This document shows, in pieces, positions 29,349-40,405 of a stretch of 64,000 bases of DNA. The translations under genes and the position numbers were made by a program. Source of the DNA: Psilocybe cubensis (taxonomy: Eukaryota); the NCBI GenBank assembly GCA_017499595.2, contig CM038999.1:3286001-3350000 (forward strand), given 5' to 3'. Numbering within the stretch: position 1 is the stretch's first letter; each line of letters begins with the position of its first letter. The notes under the pieces are model-generated. The model had not been told where the DNA came from. It did no database searches and saw only the letters and a program-made list of their open reading frames with translations.

Positions 29349-31431
29349 GACAATCCAAAGGAAAAGTGGGCCTTTTTTCGACAACACCAAGTCATGCATA
29401 ATAAATATGCCCCCCATCGTGTGTTAAACATAGAAAAGAAGGTTGTCTAGAGGCATATGGAATGGAGCAGAACCTGGGATACCAAACCCGCTCGACGTCA
29501 AGCTGTTTTCCAGAAAGGCGGCCCGCCGTGCGCCATGACCCTATGGACACGCGGTTAACGAAACCCTTTGGCCATCGTGATCCACCGCCGAACCCGTATA
29601 ACAGATTCTATATTTAGTGCATTTGCGCAACTAAGTACGCGATGTAGGAATGAAGGCAGAGTTAGAGCAGAGAAAACCAAGAGGTGAGACGCGGATTCCA
29701 AGAACAAGAGCGTCGAAATTGACTTCCGGTCTAGCCAAATCCCAAGCAAAGTCCTTTTTCATGAACTGATGCAACCAGTCCAGCGCTGCATGTATACGTG
29801 GTCGAAAGAAGTGAAGAACGTTATGAGCCACGAGGTAGAACGAAGAAACGCACTTTGAGCGCAACTCAGTTTTCATCTGCAAAAAGGTCCGGGCCTCGGG
29901 AAAGTTGGTCGCCGGTTGGACCTTCTGAGTTTAAAAGGTTCAGAGTCCGAATGCCAACTTTATTGAAGTTGCGCACTTCAAGAAACAAACTTGCGACATT
30001 TTCTTCTGGACCGTGCTTAAGGGCTCCCTTACTGGTTTCTTCCTGCTATGACTAACGTACAATGGGCCTCACATATCCTATTCAAAACATGCTTAATCTC
30101 TCACTCGTTGGCAAGCTCGGAAATGGTACCAAAATCCCACATAGTATCATAAACCTGTTGGTTACCTTTGTTTCGTATCAATATGGTACCGTCCTCATGG
30201 TCTGTTGACTTCCAGGTTCTAACTTTCACACCCTCTTTGACTACGGATCTACAATACTTGAGCTCCGCCCGTATGTTACCAACATCAACCGCACACTGCT
30301 TGTCGGACCCAAGTTCCAGAGTACCATCCAGGTCTTTTCTGTCCTTTGCACCCTCAATTCTAAGCGAGTGACGTAGTATTTTGGGGTTAATTTTTCATAC
30401 TATAGCTTATTAGTACAAATTTTAGAAGGTATTCTAGATTCAGTCAGGTTACTCATCCGTCGGGACTGACAAAAAATTGAAATGTCACTTGGCCGTCTGT
30501 AAATGGTGAATTGCTGATTACTCCATGAAAGAACGATGACTGTCAACGTTTTAGGTGCAAATCACATAATTTACGAAAGTGATACTCGGCGACACTCGCA
30601 AATTTCCCGTGAAAGATGCGTAACAGTGGTGTATTAGCATTTCATCCACCGTTTTTACTGGTTTTTGTAACACTATTTCCGTTATATCTCGTCATTGCTT
30701 ACTATGCGTTCAGAATTTCAGCAACCCTCACGTAAATGTGGGGTCTGCATGACATTAGCGCATCATCATTATTTTTCTTGGACAAAGTAGAGAATACTGC
30801 TTGGCAGTCGAAAATTAATTATGGATTCAATTTGGACTTGAACGTTCTTTCACTTCAGTAAGCGGAAAAATCCGAATTTGTGTAAGGGACTGGAACTAGT
30901 CTTGTGTTCCAGGTCTACCAAGTTTATTAAGAGACCCAATTAAGAGGGATCCTGGCGCTATTAGGTGGTTGATCTGCACATCTCCGAGGTTATCAACCAA
31001 GGCGCCTGGGCACGAAGCTGAATGATTTACGACACGTTCCTTCTTCTCGAACGTTTCATAGATCACAGGACAGTCTCTAGCCTCCGCAGTGCTCCATCCG
31101 ATATTCAAAATCATAAGTTACTCCTCGTCGTGGGTAGACCTAAATTTAAAAAGTCATCTTTTGCTCTTTTGCCAAGTGATGGAATGAAAGCTTGTACAGG
31201 TCTTAAAGTCTCCCTATGTTCTAACCTTCAATATTTGGAGATAATAAACAACTCAAAGATACTTCGAGACTGCGATTTGACCGTCGCTTACTTGCTTGTG
31301 CTCAATGTGGGATAGCTTCACCCATTATACACGGATATGCAAATAAGCAGTCTGACGTGAGCAATGCTTTCAGCTTCAAGTGACCTCGAATTCTGACCTC
31401 CGAACACTTTATCTTGGCATAGCCGAATGCC

Positions 31432-31438
31432 TATAAAT
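31432..31438 (+). promoter_or_regulatory. TATA box of Cys-rich peptide gene 1
   Basis: TATAAAT about 55 bp before the first predicted 5'-UTR intron donor. Confidence 0.5.
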
Positions 31439-31660
31439 ACTCAAGATACTTTGTCTACACCCTCATCGAAAGGTCAGCCTCATCAAAGGTGAGCTTCCTG
31501 ACTTTTCTTACACAGTTTGACGTTAACTTTTGACACTTTATGTCTGTTTTAGAGCATTGTCTAAAACGCGACTTGTACATTGAAACCCAAGTACGTCACT
31601 CGTTCACTCCAAGACTCTGAGAACTCATTCATGAAAACCTTTTCCTTAGGTTTCTACACG

Positions 31661-31969
31661 ATGAAATCAATCTTTGCCAACATCCTTTTGCTCTCCTCCA
31701 TCGTTGTGAGCTCTAACGCTTTGGTGACCCGTCAAGACGTATGCGCGACCGTTTGCCGCCCAGTAAAGCCGGTCTGTAAGCCCGGACAACAAGCCACCGG
31801 AGTAGAAGGCTGCTGGGGATGCTGCGTGGATATTGTTCCGGCAGCTCTGACACCTGATGATCCGCCCACTGTTTGCACCGCTGTATGCCGCGAAGAAAAG
31901 CCTGTATGCCCAGAGGGTGAGGCCCCAACCGGACAGGAAGGATGCTGGGGATGCTGTGTTGCGGTGTAG
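31661..31969 (+). CDS. Small secreted cysteine-rich protein 1 (102 aa; two C-x3-C-x6-C-x11-CWGCC modules)
   Basis: MKSIFANILLLSSIVVSSNA signal, then CATVCRPVKPVCKPGQQATGVEGCWGCC and CTAVCREEKPVCPEGEAPTGQEGCWGCC. Confidence 0.9.
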   Translation: MKSIFANILLLSSIVVSSNALVTRQDVCATVCRPVKPVCKPGQQATGVEGCWGCCVDIVPAALTPDDPPTVCTAVCREEKPVCPEGEAPTGQEGCWGCCVAV

Positions 31970-32543
31970 ATAGTGAGCAGAGCGGGAGTGGGGGGGGCTA
32001 AACAAATCTCATGTTGAAGAACTCGAATTTACTTTCATTCCAAAAACTCTTCTACGCAAAGTAGTTAGCCCCAAAGCCACGACTTGAATATTCTGTAAAT
32101 AAATATCCATTGCCTACACACATCACCGGGGATTCAGTCCTCAGATTAGAATAAATGTTCCACTCAGAGCGTACCGAAAGTTTCGGATAAGATGAAACTA
32201 CATCAAATGAACGCTCGGAAAATCTGTATTAGAATGCAGGCTTTGGTTGTCATGAAGAGACAATGTCATTGCCATTTTGATCTCCATTCGGTGGGCAAGA
32301 ATACTTAAAAACAGGCATCGAGAAGAGGAGAACATCCCATAGAAAACGCTTCTGGCTCTTTGGTGAGTACAGCTACTTTCAAGGACAAGTGCCTTTTTTT
32401 ATTCAGCTTTACGCAGAGTACCAACTTCAGCGCCTAATCACCAAGACTGTTTGCATAGTGGGTGTTCTGATTTATCCGAAACGAGAAATTACGCACTGAC
32501 ACTGTTTTTCATAGTCGTATAGAACCGTCGAACACCTGAGAAA

Positions 32544-32723
32544 ATGAAGTTTTTTACAGTCGCAATAGTAGCTATAACATTCCTGACAAGCGCCCACGCC
32601 TCCGTAACTACACTTAGGCCTTGCGGGGTGGCTTGTGGGGAGGATAAACCCGACTGTTTTCCAGGAGAGGCACCGACTGGAGGACCTGGGTGTTGGGGAT
32701 GTTGCGAGCCCATACGTAGCTAA
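32544..32723 (+). CDS. Small secreted cysteine-rich protein 2 (59 aa; one module; below ORF-track cutoff)
   Basis: MKFFTVAIVAITFLTSAHASVTTLRPCGVACGEDKPDCFPGEAPTGGPGCWGCCEPIRS*, translated by hand. Confidence 0.9.
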   Translation: MKFFTVAIVAITFLTSAHASVTTLRPCGVACGEDKPDCFPGEAPTGGPGCWGCCEPIRS

Positions 32724-33490
32724 ATGCAATAACTGTGTCCCATAATTCATTCTACCGACTTATCTTCCGACTCGACCTGAAGATCCGTGAGAAATTGAAC
32801 GCAACGATTAGACCTACAGTATCATTCTTTAATTCATGAACTTCATAAATAGTAGTGATACATGGGAACTGTTTTAAGGCTCGTAGAGTATACTAAATTG
32901 ATAGAAATAACTACAATAATTGGATGTCTACCTCTTGGAGCCCATTGACACGGCAAGCATCTAACAAGGCGTCATATCAAACGACAATCAAACATTTTTC
33001 AACATCAAATAAATACCATTGAGTCTGTTTAATAATAAGCTCAGGTTATAGGACCTTAGTGTTGGAGGGGTCAATAGATTGAAATGAATGTTGGTATTTT
33101 TCTCATGCTAATTAGACACGAATGAAGTATTGTCAACGGAGATGAAATGAATTACAATATCAAATATTAAACACGGATATTTTGCTGGACTCTAGATATT
33201 GATCTAACAGAAATAGTAGACGTTCCTGGGCGGTCGCCAAAAATATCAATTGCAGTGTATAAATGAACGAAACGAGGTTTTTCTGGTTTTAATTCTCAAT
33301 CTAAGTCACCCATATCATTGTTCAGCGCAACAGGCCTACTGCCCTCATTTTGGTATGTGCTCATATGATTCACGGCAACAGTATACATTTACTATACACT
33401 TCTTCGTAGATTTCCATAAGAGTAACAAGAATAGTCAGAATGATTTTATAATTGACCTTGTTTGGCCATCCACTTACCAAAACCATAGAT

Positions 33491-33757
33491 ATGAAGGTCG
33501 TTTTTGCAATTGCCGTCATGGTACTATCGATTGTCGCTAGCACTCGTGCTGCCCAAGAGTGTCCAGATATATGCAGGGAGGTAAAGCCAACCTGTCCACC
33601 TGGGGAAGCACCAACTGGAGGAGATGGTTGCTGGGGATGTTGTAGGAAGATTTGTGGTTCGGCGTGTCTTCCTACCAAACCGTTCTGCCCGGAAGGAGAT
33701 GTAGTCGTTGGAACCACTGGCTGTTGGGACTGTTGTCCAGAATCTACCACAGTTTAA
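33491..33757 (+). CDS. Small secreted cysteine-rich protein 3 (88 aa; two modules)
   Basis: MKVVFAIAVMVLSIVASTRA signal, then CPDICREVKPTCPPGEAPTGGDGCWGCC and CGSACLPTKPFCPEGDVVVGTTGCWDCC. TATAAAT at 33258. Confidence 0.9.
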   Translation: MKVVFAIAVMVLSIVASTRAAQECPDICREVKPTCPPGEAPTGGDGCWGCCRKICGSACLPTKPFCPEGDVVVGTTGCWDCCPESTTV

Positions 33758-34362
33758 TTCGTCATGAACAGATGTAAACGTGGGACAACAAAATGTAGTT
33801 GCCACTTTAAAACAAATACACTTGATTTAAATCTTAGTCAATGCTATGAGAAATTCATACTGAATGACAGTGGTAATGAGGATATCAGGTCCTTACCAAA
33901 GATAGCGAAATAGTCCAAACCAGTAGAAACTCTCTATGTACAATGTGGTTATCGGGATTCAGCTAGCCATGTCGGCGTAGCCTGGACAATGGCGAAAAAT
34001 CCGCGGGGCTTAACAAACTTCCTAGCAGAGATTGGACGAATACATTTAAATGCATAGCATGTAACTTGTACATCACTATAGTTTCATATTATCATAACGA
34101 GAACAAGTTGGTCATCCATATAACAATAGGGACAAGGTAGAAAGGATAGCGCTTACTTCAGATGTATGACCTCTCGGAACGCCGTTAGCCACCAGTTGCG
34201 CCATGCTTTGGCTGAAACCTCAAATGTACAAGTGCCTACCACATGGAATTGATCAAATAGATAGGCGATGTATGACTATATACCCCTGTATAAAAGGCGC
34301 GTAAAACACAACAAAGTCTGCTCGTCGACACTCAAGCGATACACCTACAACTCATAACAACC

Positions 34363-36338
34363 ACGAAATATCTCGGAAACATTGTGTTGCTTTCCGCCTT
34401 GACTTGCCATTGTGGCGTGCTAGCAGCTGACTCCGGCGCAGATTCAACCAATGGATTGGTTGTGAATACTCAGCAAGGCCCTGTGTCCGGGTCAATGGCA
34501 ACTGCAAACGTCCGCCAATTTCTTGGTGTACCGTACGCTTCCGCAGGGCGTTGGGAGGCACCGACACTTCCGCTTAATCGTACCACAATTTTCAAAGCGA
34601 CAAAGTTCAGCGACGCATGCGTTCAGAATTTGGCCCCATCCAACTTGGAGTTCCTAAAACTGTCAGGAGGTCAAGGAATCGGTATTCCAGAGTCGGAAGA
34701 TTGCTTAACCGCCAACATATGGGTGCCTAGTCTCAACAGAAAGCAAAAGACCGCTGTGCTGATATGGATTCATGGTGGCGGGTTTCAGTGGGGAACAGTA
34801 TGCTCAATGTCTCACCATATCACCTGTTCTGCAGCTAATCCTATCTCCCAAGAGCAACCTTGCCATCTACAATGGCCAGAATTTTGTTCGCGACAACGAT
34901 GACATCGCCATAGTCACGTTCAACTACCGCTTGAACGTGTTTGGCCAGCCAAATGCACCCCAGCTTTTGAGCAAGACAAAATCGCAGAACTTTGGCTTAC
35001 TCGATATTGACGCTGCCATCCAATGGGTTCATACTAATATTGCTGCATTTGGAGGCGACCCTGAGCGCATCTCGTTGTTTGGCCAGAGCGCCGGGAGTAT
35101 GGCTGTGGATGCGTATTCGTTCATGCATCCAAACGATACAATTGTCAAAGGTGGCTTTGCCTTATTATATGCACGACCTGCAATCTGAAAATCTGTACTC
35201 AGGGACAATTCAAATGTCCGGAACGTGAGTGGACTTGAATAAGAATAGGACAGAAGTACCGATTCTGAAAAGTGTCATCCGTTGACCTTCTCAGCCTCAT
35301 ACAAGGCGATTCTCCAGGAGGGTTGGCGAATGCAACATATGAAGGCGACATTTGGAATAGTTTGGCAGAGAGCCTCAACTGTGGAAATGGCAAGTCCAAG
35401 TTCAATACTCAAACTTTTACTAAACTCCTACCTATTTTAGATCCCGATGACGCGCAGCTCGCCTGCATGAAAGCAGTTCCGTTTAGGACGTTGGAGGATG
35501 CTGTCATGAAATTTGGTGCCATTGTATTCAAAGCCTTTATAGATGGTGCTCAGTTTTCTCACCCAATTTTATAAGAAGAAACTGAAGTTGTGATGTTCCA
35601 TTGTAGATATCACCCTTTTCACTGATCTTCCACAGCGCATAGCATCTGGAAAGTTTTTGAAGGTGCCTTTGCTGTCGGGTAGTGTCCTGAACGAGAACGA
35701 CATATTTGTGGTTGCTGCTGAACTCACTACCCCTCCTAGTATTGTTTTCCCCTTGTTAACGGAGGTAGCTGCAGATCTCCAAACGCAGGTACGCGGATTT
35801 TTATTCCCTGATGTGTGGGTGCAGCTCATTTGTTTGGGCAGGTTGCTTTCACTTGTCCAGCTGGAACCAATGCCCAAGATCGGCTCAACGTCAATTTACC
35901 TGTCTGGAGATATCAATATCAAGGTGTGAAAAGAGCGATCGATTTACAACATTTAATTGACGACAAGTTTCTCTGCCAGCTGTATTTTCCGACCTCTCCA
36001 CGCGTCCAGAGTTGAGGTCCTACCATCAGGCAGAAGTCCCCATCGTATTCGGCACCTACGATACAGCGATTTCCGCTGTGAAGTCTACTACCACAGAGGT
36101 AAATCTGTCCAAGTATATGCAGAAAGCTTGGGTAGCGTTTGCCAGAGATCCTGCGAATGGATTGACCAACTATGGCTGGCCAACCTACAACGCAACATCA
36201 GACAGCCTTGTGCAGCTCGGCGGACCAGCTAATCCATCCGGATTATCCCTCGGACAAGGCTCTTTGCTTGACCACACCTGCAATCATTCTGATGAATTGC
36301 TCACCTTTGCTATCCAACTATCTTCCAACTTCGCTTAG
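34363..36338 (+). CDS. Secreted type-B carboxylesterase, copy A (start codon appears to be ACG; possibly non-AUG or an incipient pseudogene)
   Basis: QFLGVPYA, SEDCLTANIW, WIHGGGF, FNYRLNVFG, NFGLLDIDAAIQWV, FGGDPERISLFGQSAG, catalytic Glu region GSVLNENDIF and His region RSYHQAEVP. TATAAAA at 34289. Confidence 0.85.
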
Positions 36339-37681
36339 AATACTTGAGTAAACTTGATAATACAATTCGGATGTGTTCAGGCATTCTTCCGGCGGAATGT
36401 GACGCAGTTGCCTGCCAATGAGTTTGGATCTACAAGGTTGAGCAGTGGTGAAATGTTCATCATAGTTTTTGTCTACGTGGATCTGCGCATGCGTTCGCTG
36501 AAGTGGCATTTGACAAGATAAATGCGATGTGGCATGTTGAACGTCGATGAAGGCCAGTTGGAAAAATGATTGGCCTATTCTCGGCATAGTTCTAAACTCC
36601 GACGGCTTCAACGCAGTTCGCCAACCTCCTATCTTCGACGTGATCCAGAACACCCAAAGAACACCATGATAGCAAAGAGTTTACGCATGATTCAGCCACT
36701 CTGAGGCGAAGAAGGTCGATACTCTAGACTTTCCTCTCTCTCACGTATTAGGTAACTCCCTCCGTCAGTTTGAAGCGAGCTATTGTTATATATGGTGCGC
36801 AGTTTCAGGATGACCTACTACTGTTCCAGTAATCAACTCCGAAGGTCATTGGAGACTTACTACAACCCACGTTAGTACAAAATTATCGATTCTATTCCAA
36901 TATTAATAATTAATGGTACTCTCAATCCATACGGCTGGTTTCAAGCCTGAACCTCAGAATTTGATTTTCCCACACGTTGTCTTCTTTGAGAACACTTGGT
37001 CTGGTCTACAGATCAAGCATTTTCACCTACCAATTCTATGGGTTAAACGCCATGGCCCAAGATGATAAGATAAAGTATCATCATCCCATTAATCGGGACA
37101 ATTTAATGTCAATGTCTAATATTTGCGCAGTCTGTTAATACGATGGAAACGTCCCCGATTGCTAACGGTGAAAATGGCTAGGTTAGGTGCGTGGGTTATT
37201 TCCACGAACGAATTGCTTCCTGGATGCTCAACTGACTCAAGAATATAATTAGAGCCGAGATGCTGCGAGTAATTAGGTATTTTAAATATGGCAACATTCA
37301 CCATAGGGCAATCCTTTTGCATTTACTAAACCTACTCAATTTTAAAATGTTGCTAAAGAGTAACTTGTCCTACCACGGATGATTTGACGCAACGCCTTTA
37401 GACTGTAGCCGAACCTACGGATGGAATTCCTAAACGCACGGATGCTGAACACGACGCGCATACACGCGCGTTCCAGGTCATTTCAAGCAGGATACTCCAT
37501 GGTCTAAAGAATTATGACTGCCTGTCTCTGTTCAAATCAGAATGAATGTGATTTGACGGCGCAGTAAGCGGGATTTCTGACGTCAAGCAGATGGGCTGCC
37601 GCTTTCATCAAGTTGAAAATAGAATGGGCAGGAAATGATTTAACAAGAAGGAGCAAAGACCATTAAACTGTAGGTCTCTAA

Positions 37682-39607
37682 ATGAACCTTTCATTGGTGC
37701 TTCTATCTGCCTTTCTGCTGCCGGTGTACGCAGTCGGTGCCCCTGGGCTAACCGTACAGACGCAACAAGGCCCCGTCGTAGGGACTCTTGTTGTGCCTAC
37801 TGTACGACAGTTCTTGGGTATACCTTATGCTACTGCCGATAGATGGAAACCCCCTCATCTCCCTGCTGTTCGGAAAGGCGTCTTCCAAGCCACAAAGTTC
37901 GGCGACTCTTGTATCCAGGAGCTCAGTCCACCAAATGTGGAGTTCTTGAAGCTTGCTGGTGGGCTGGGGATTAATGTCACCTCTTCAGAAGACTGTATGA
38001 GCGTCAACATATGGGCACCTAGTGTGGAGAGGAAGCAGAAAACGTCAGTGATGATATGGATATATGGAGGTGGCTTCGTCTTCGGAACGGTAGATTTTTT
38101 TTGTAGTCCCTCTGCAACATGATACTGACAATCGACGCTGAAAAGAGTAATATACCTGTGTATGACGGGCAGAACTTTGTACGAGACAATGATGATGTTA
38201 CCATTGTGACTTTCAATTACCGCACGAATATCTTTGGGCAACCAAATGCCCCACAGTTGGGGAAAGACAACCTCAATTTTGGCCTCCTTGATATTGACGC
38301 TGCTGTTCAATGGGTCCATGCAAACATCGCTAACTTCGGAGGCGATCCGGATCGAATTATTCTCTTCGGCCAAAGTGCAGGAGCGGCGGCAACCGATGCG
38401 TATACATTTGCCCATCCCAATGACACCATTGTCAAAGGCAAGTATCGGCAAGCACGTATTTTAGCAATTACCCTATCTGACCTTACCATCCAAGGTGTCA
38501 TACAAGAGTCCGGAAGGTATGTCGTTGGTTGAATATGCTCTAAACGGTTCCAATAAACCCATCTGCAGCATATCTGGTTCTGGTGTTCTGGTCATAGCGT
38601 CTACCTCTGCCAACCAGAGCGCATGGAATACAGTTGCAGCATCCGTAGGTTGTGGCCAAGGTACCGTTTGCACAATTGTTTGTACCAATGGTGCAATTCG
38701 TCGATTTTGACATTTCTGTCCCAGCTCCGACCCCCAGCCAATTTGCATGCATGCAGAAAACCGAAGCGAATACTCTAGAAAATGCCGTAGTCAGTACAGG
38801 TGCAACTTTTAATCTTGTAATTGACAGTAAGAAATGAAAACTCGCAACAACCCTCTGGCAGAATGTTAATCAACTAAAACAGACACCACCATCTTCGCGG
38901 ATACCAATGCACGCGCCGCGAATGGTCAATTCCTCCACGTACCTCTGCTCGGCGGAACTGCTGCAAATGAAGACGATATCTTCATCGTTGCACAAGAGTT
39001 AGTGACGGCGGGGATTGTTATTCCGTCGGTCACAGAAATGCTGTCAGACGTTGAGACGCTTGTAAGTACCATATTCCCTGCCGTCATGTCATTCTGTCTG
39101 ACTTTTTTGCAAGCTCGGATTTACGTGCCCGGCTGGAGTCACAGCTCTACATCGTATCAACGCGAACGTTCCCACTTGGAGATATCAACATCAAGGTAAG
39201 GATCAATGTTGGAGAGCAAAATGAACAAGTCGGAATGATTCCACATTGTAGCCGTGTTTCCGGATATCTCGACACGTCCGGACCTGCGCGCTTATCACGC
39301 TTCCGAGATACCCTTGGTCTTTGGAACCTACAATGTCAGCGATATTCCTGCAACACAGGAAGAAGTAGCTCTGTCTCGATACATACAAAGTGCATGGGTG
39401 GCTTTCGCTCGTAATCCTGCGCAAGGCTTGCTTGACTTCGGATGGCCAATGTACAACCCAAACACGACCAGCCTGGCACAACTAGGAAACGCCGCGAACC
39501 AAACCGGAGTGGTTTTCACACAAGGAAACTTGGTCGATTTTGCTTGTGGTAACCAGGCTGCACTAATCGAAATCCAGAATCAACTCTTGGGCATCTTAGG
39601 AGCCTGA
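37682..39607 (+). CDS. Secreted type-B carboxylesterase, copy B
   Basis: Signal peptide; SEDCMSVNIW, WIYGGGF, FGQSAG, GGTAANEDDIF, RAYHASEIP. Confidence 0.9.
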
Positions 39608-39853
39608 CACTGATCAATCCTGGAAAAGCATATGACGTATAATAACGTACCAATTTTGACGATGGTTGAAGGAGGGTAAAGGATGAACATAGGGTACATG
39701 AATATTATACTTTCCATTATTTTCATTGAAGGTGACAGACCATGCAAAATAGTTGGCTTCTTTTCTGGATAGGGCAAATGGGTAAAAGGCCGAATCCCTC
39801 TGCGAAGTTGGTAATGAGACTTGTTGTTCGAACATAGCGACAAAAATATTATC

Positions 39854-39980
39854 CTGGCAACTCGGCAATTCAGCTAATGAGACCGGAGTCGTCTTCGCAT
39901 AAGGAAGAATTGTTGACTTCGCGTGCGCAAATGCCACTGTACTGGCAGATATTAAAAATGAATCTTCAGCGACGCTATGA
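39854..39980 (+). pseudogene. Relic 3' end of a fourth carboxylesterase copy
   Basis: QLGNSANETGVVFA*GRIVDFACANATVLADIKNESSATL* aligns with copy B QLGNAANQTGVVFTQGNLVDFACGNQAALIEIQNQ. The CAA codon has become TAA at 39900. Confidence 0.85.
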
Positions 39981-40405
39981 TAAGATGCCAACAAAATAGT
40001 CTTACGTAAACACACACTGCAGCAGGTGTCCACAGTCATGTTACCCATCGAATGAAAAAGTCCAGATTGAGCGCTGCAAAAAGAAGGCGTCGAAGGGAAT
40101 GCTGGGAAAGTTGAAACACGGATCTCATGCCGCGTCATGCTTTACAGCATATGTCGATATGAAATGAGCTGCATAGTCACCCGTAATATGCAACAAAGGC
40201 AACTCTGGAACTGCCTTGAGGCGTTGTTCTTCAAGATTTCTGGGAAACACAATCCATCTACGTCCCGAAGCTATCATCGGTCCGGTGCCTTTCTTTCCAT
40301 GCTGCGGCTAAATCTCCACAGACAGCTTCGAAGCGAACCCAATGACTGAAAATAACTTTCCAACTAAACATTTTAACCCGGTCACTGAAGGTCTGCGAAC
40401 CAACG

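Noticed and set aside
31580-31660. Longer N-terminus for peptide gene 1 given in the ORF track
   Set aside because: It overlaps a predicted 5'-UTR intron (31591-31649). The signal peptide starts at ATG 31661, as in the paralogs.
31661-33757. Peptide genes as RiPP precursors (dikaritin/KEP, MSDIN or borosin)
   Set aside because: No KR/RR-delimited short cores, no MSDIN leader, and no DUF3328, prolyl oligopeptidase or methyltransferase partner nearby. An even Cys count per module fits disulfide folding better.
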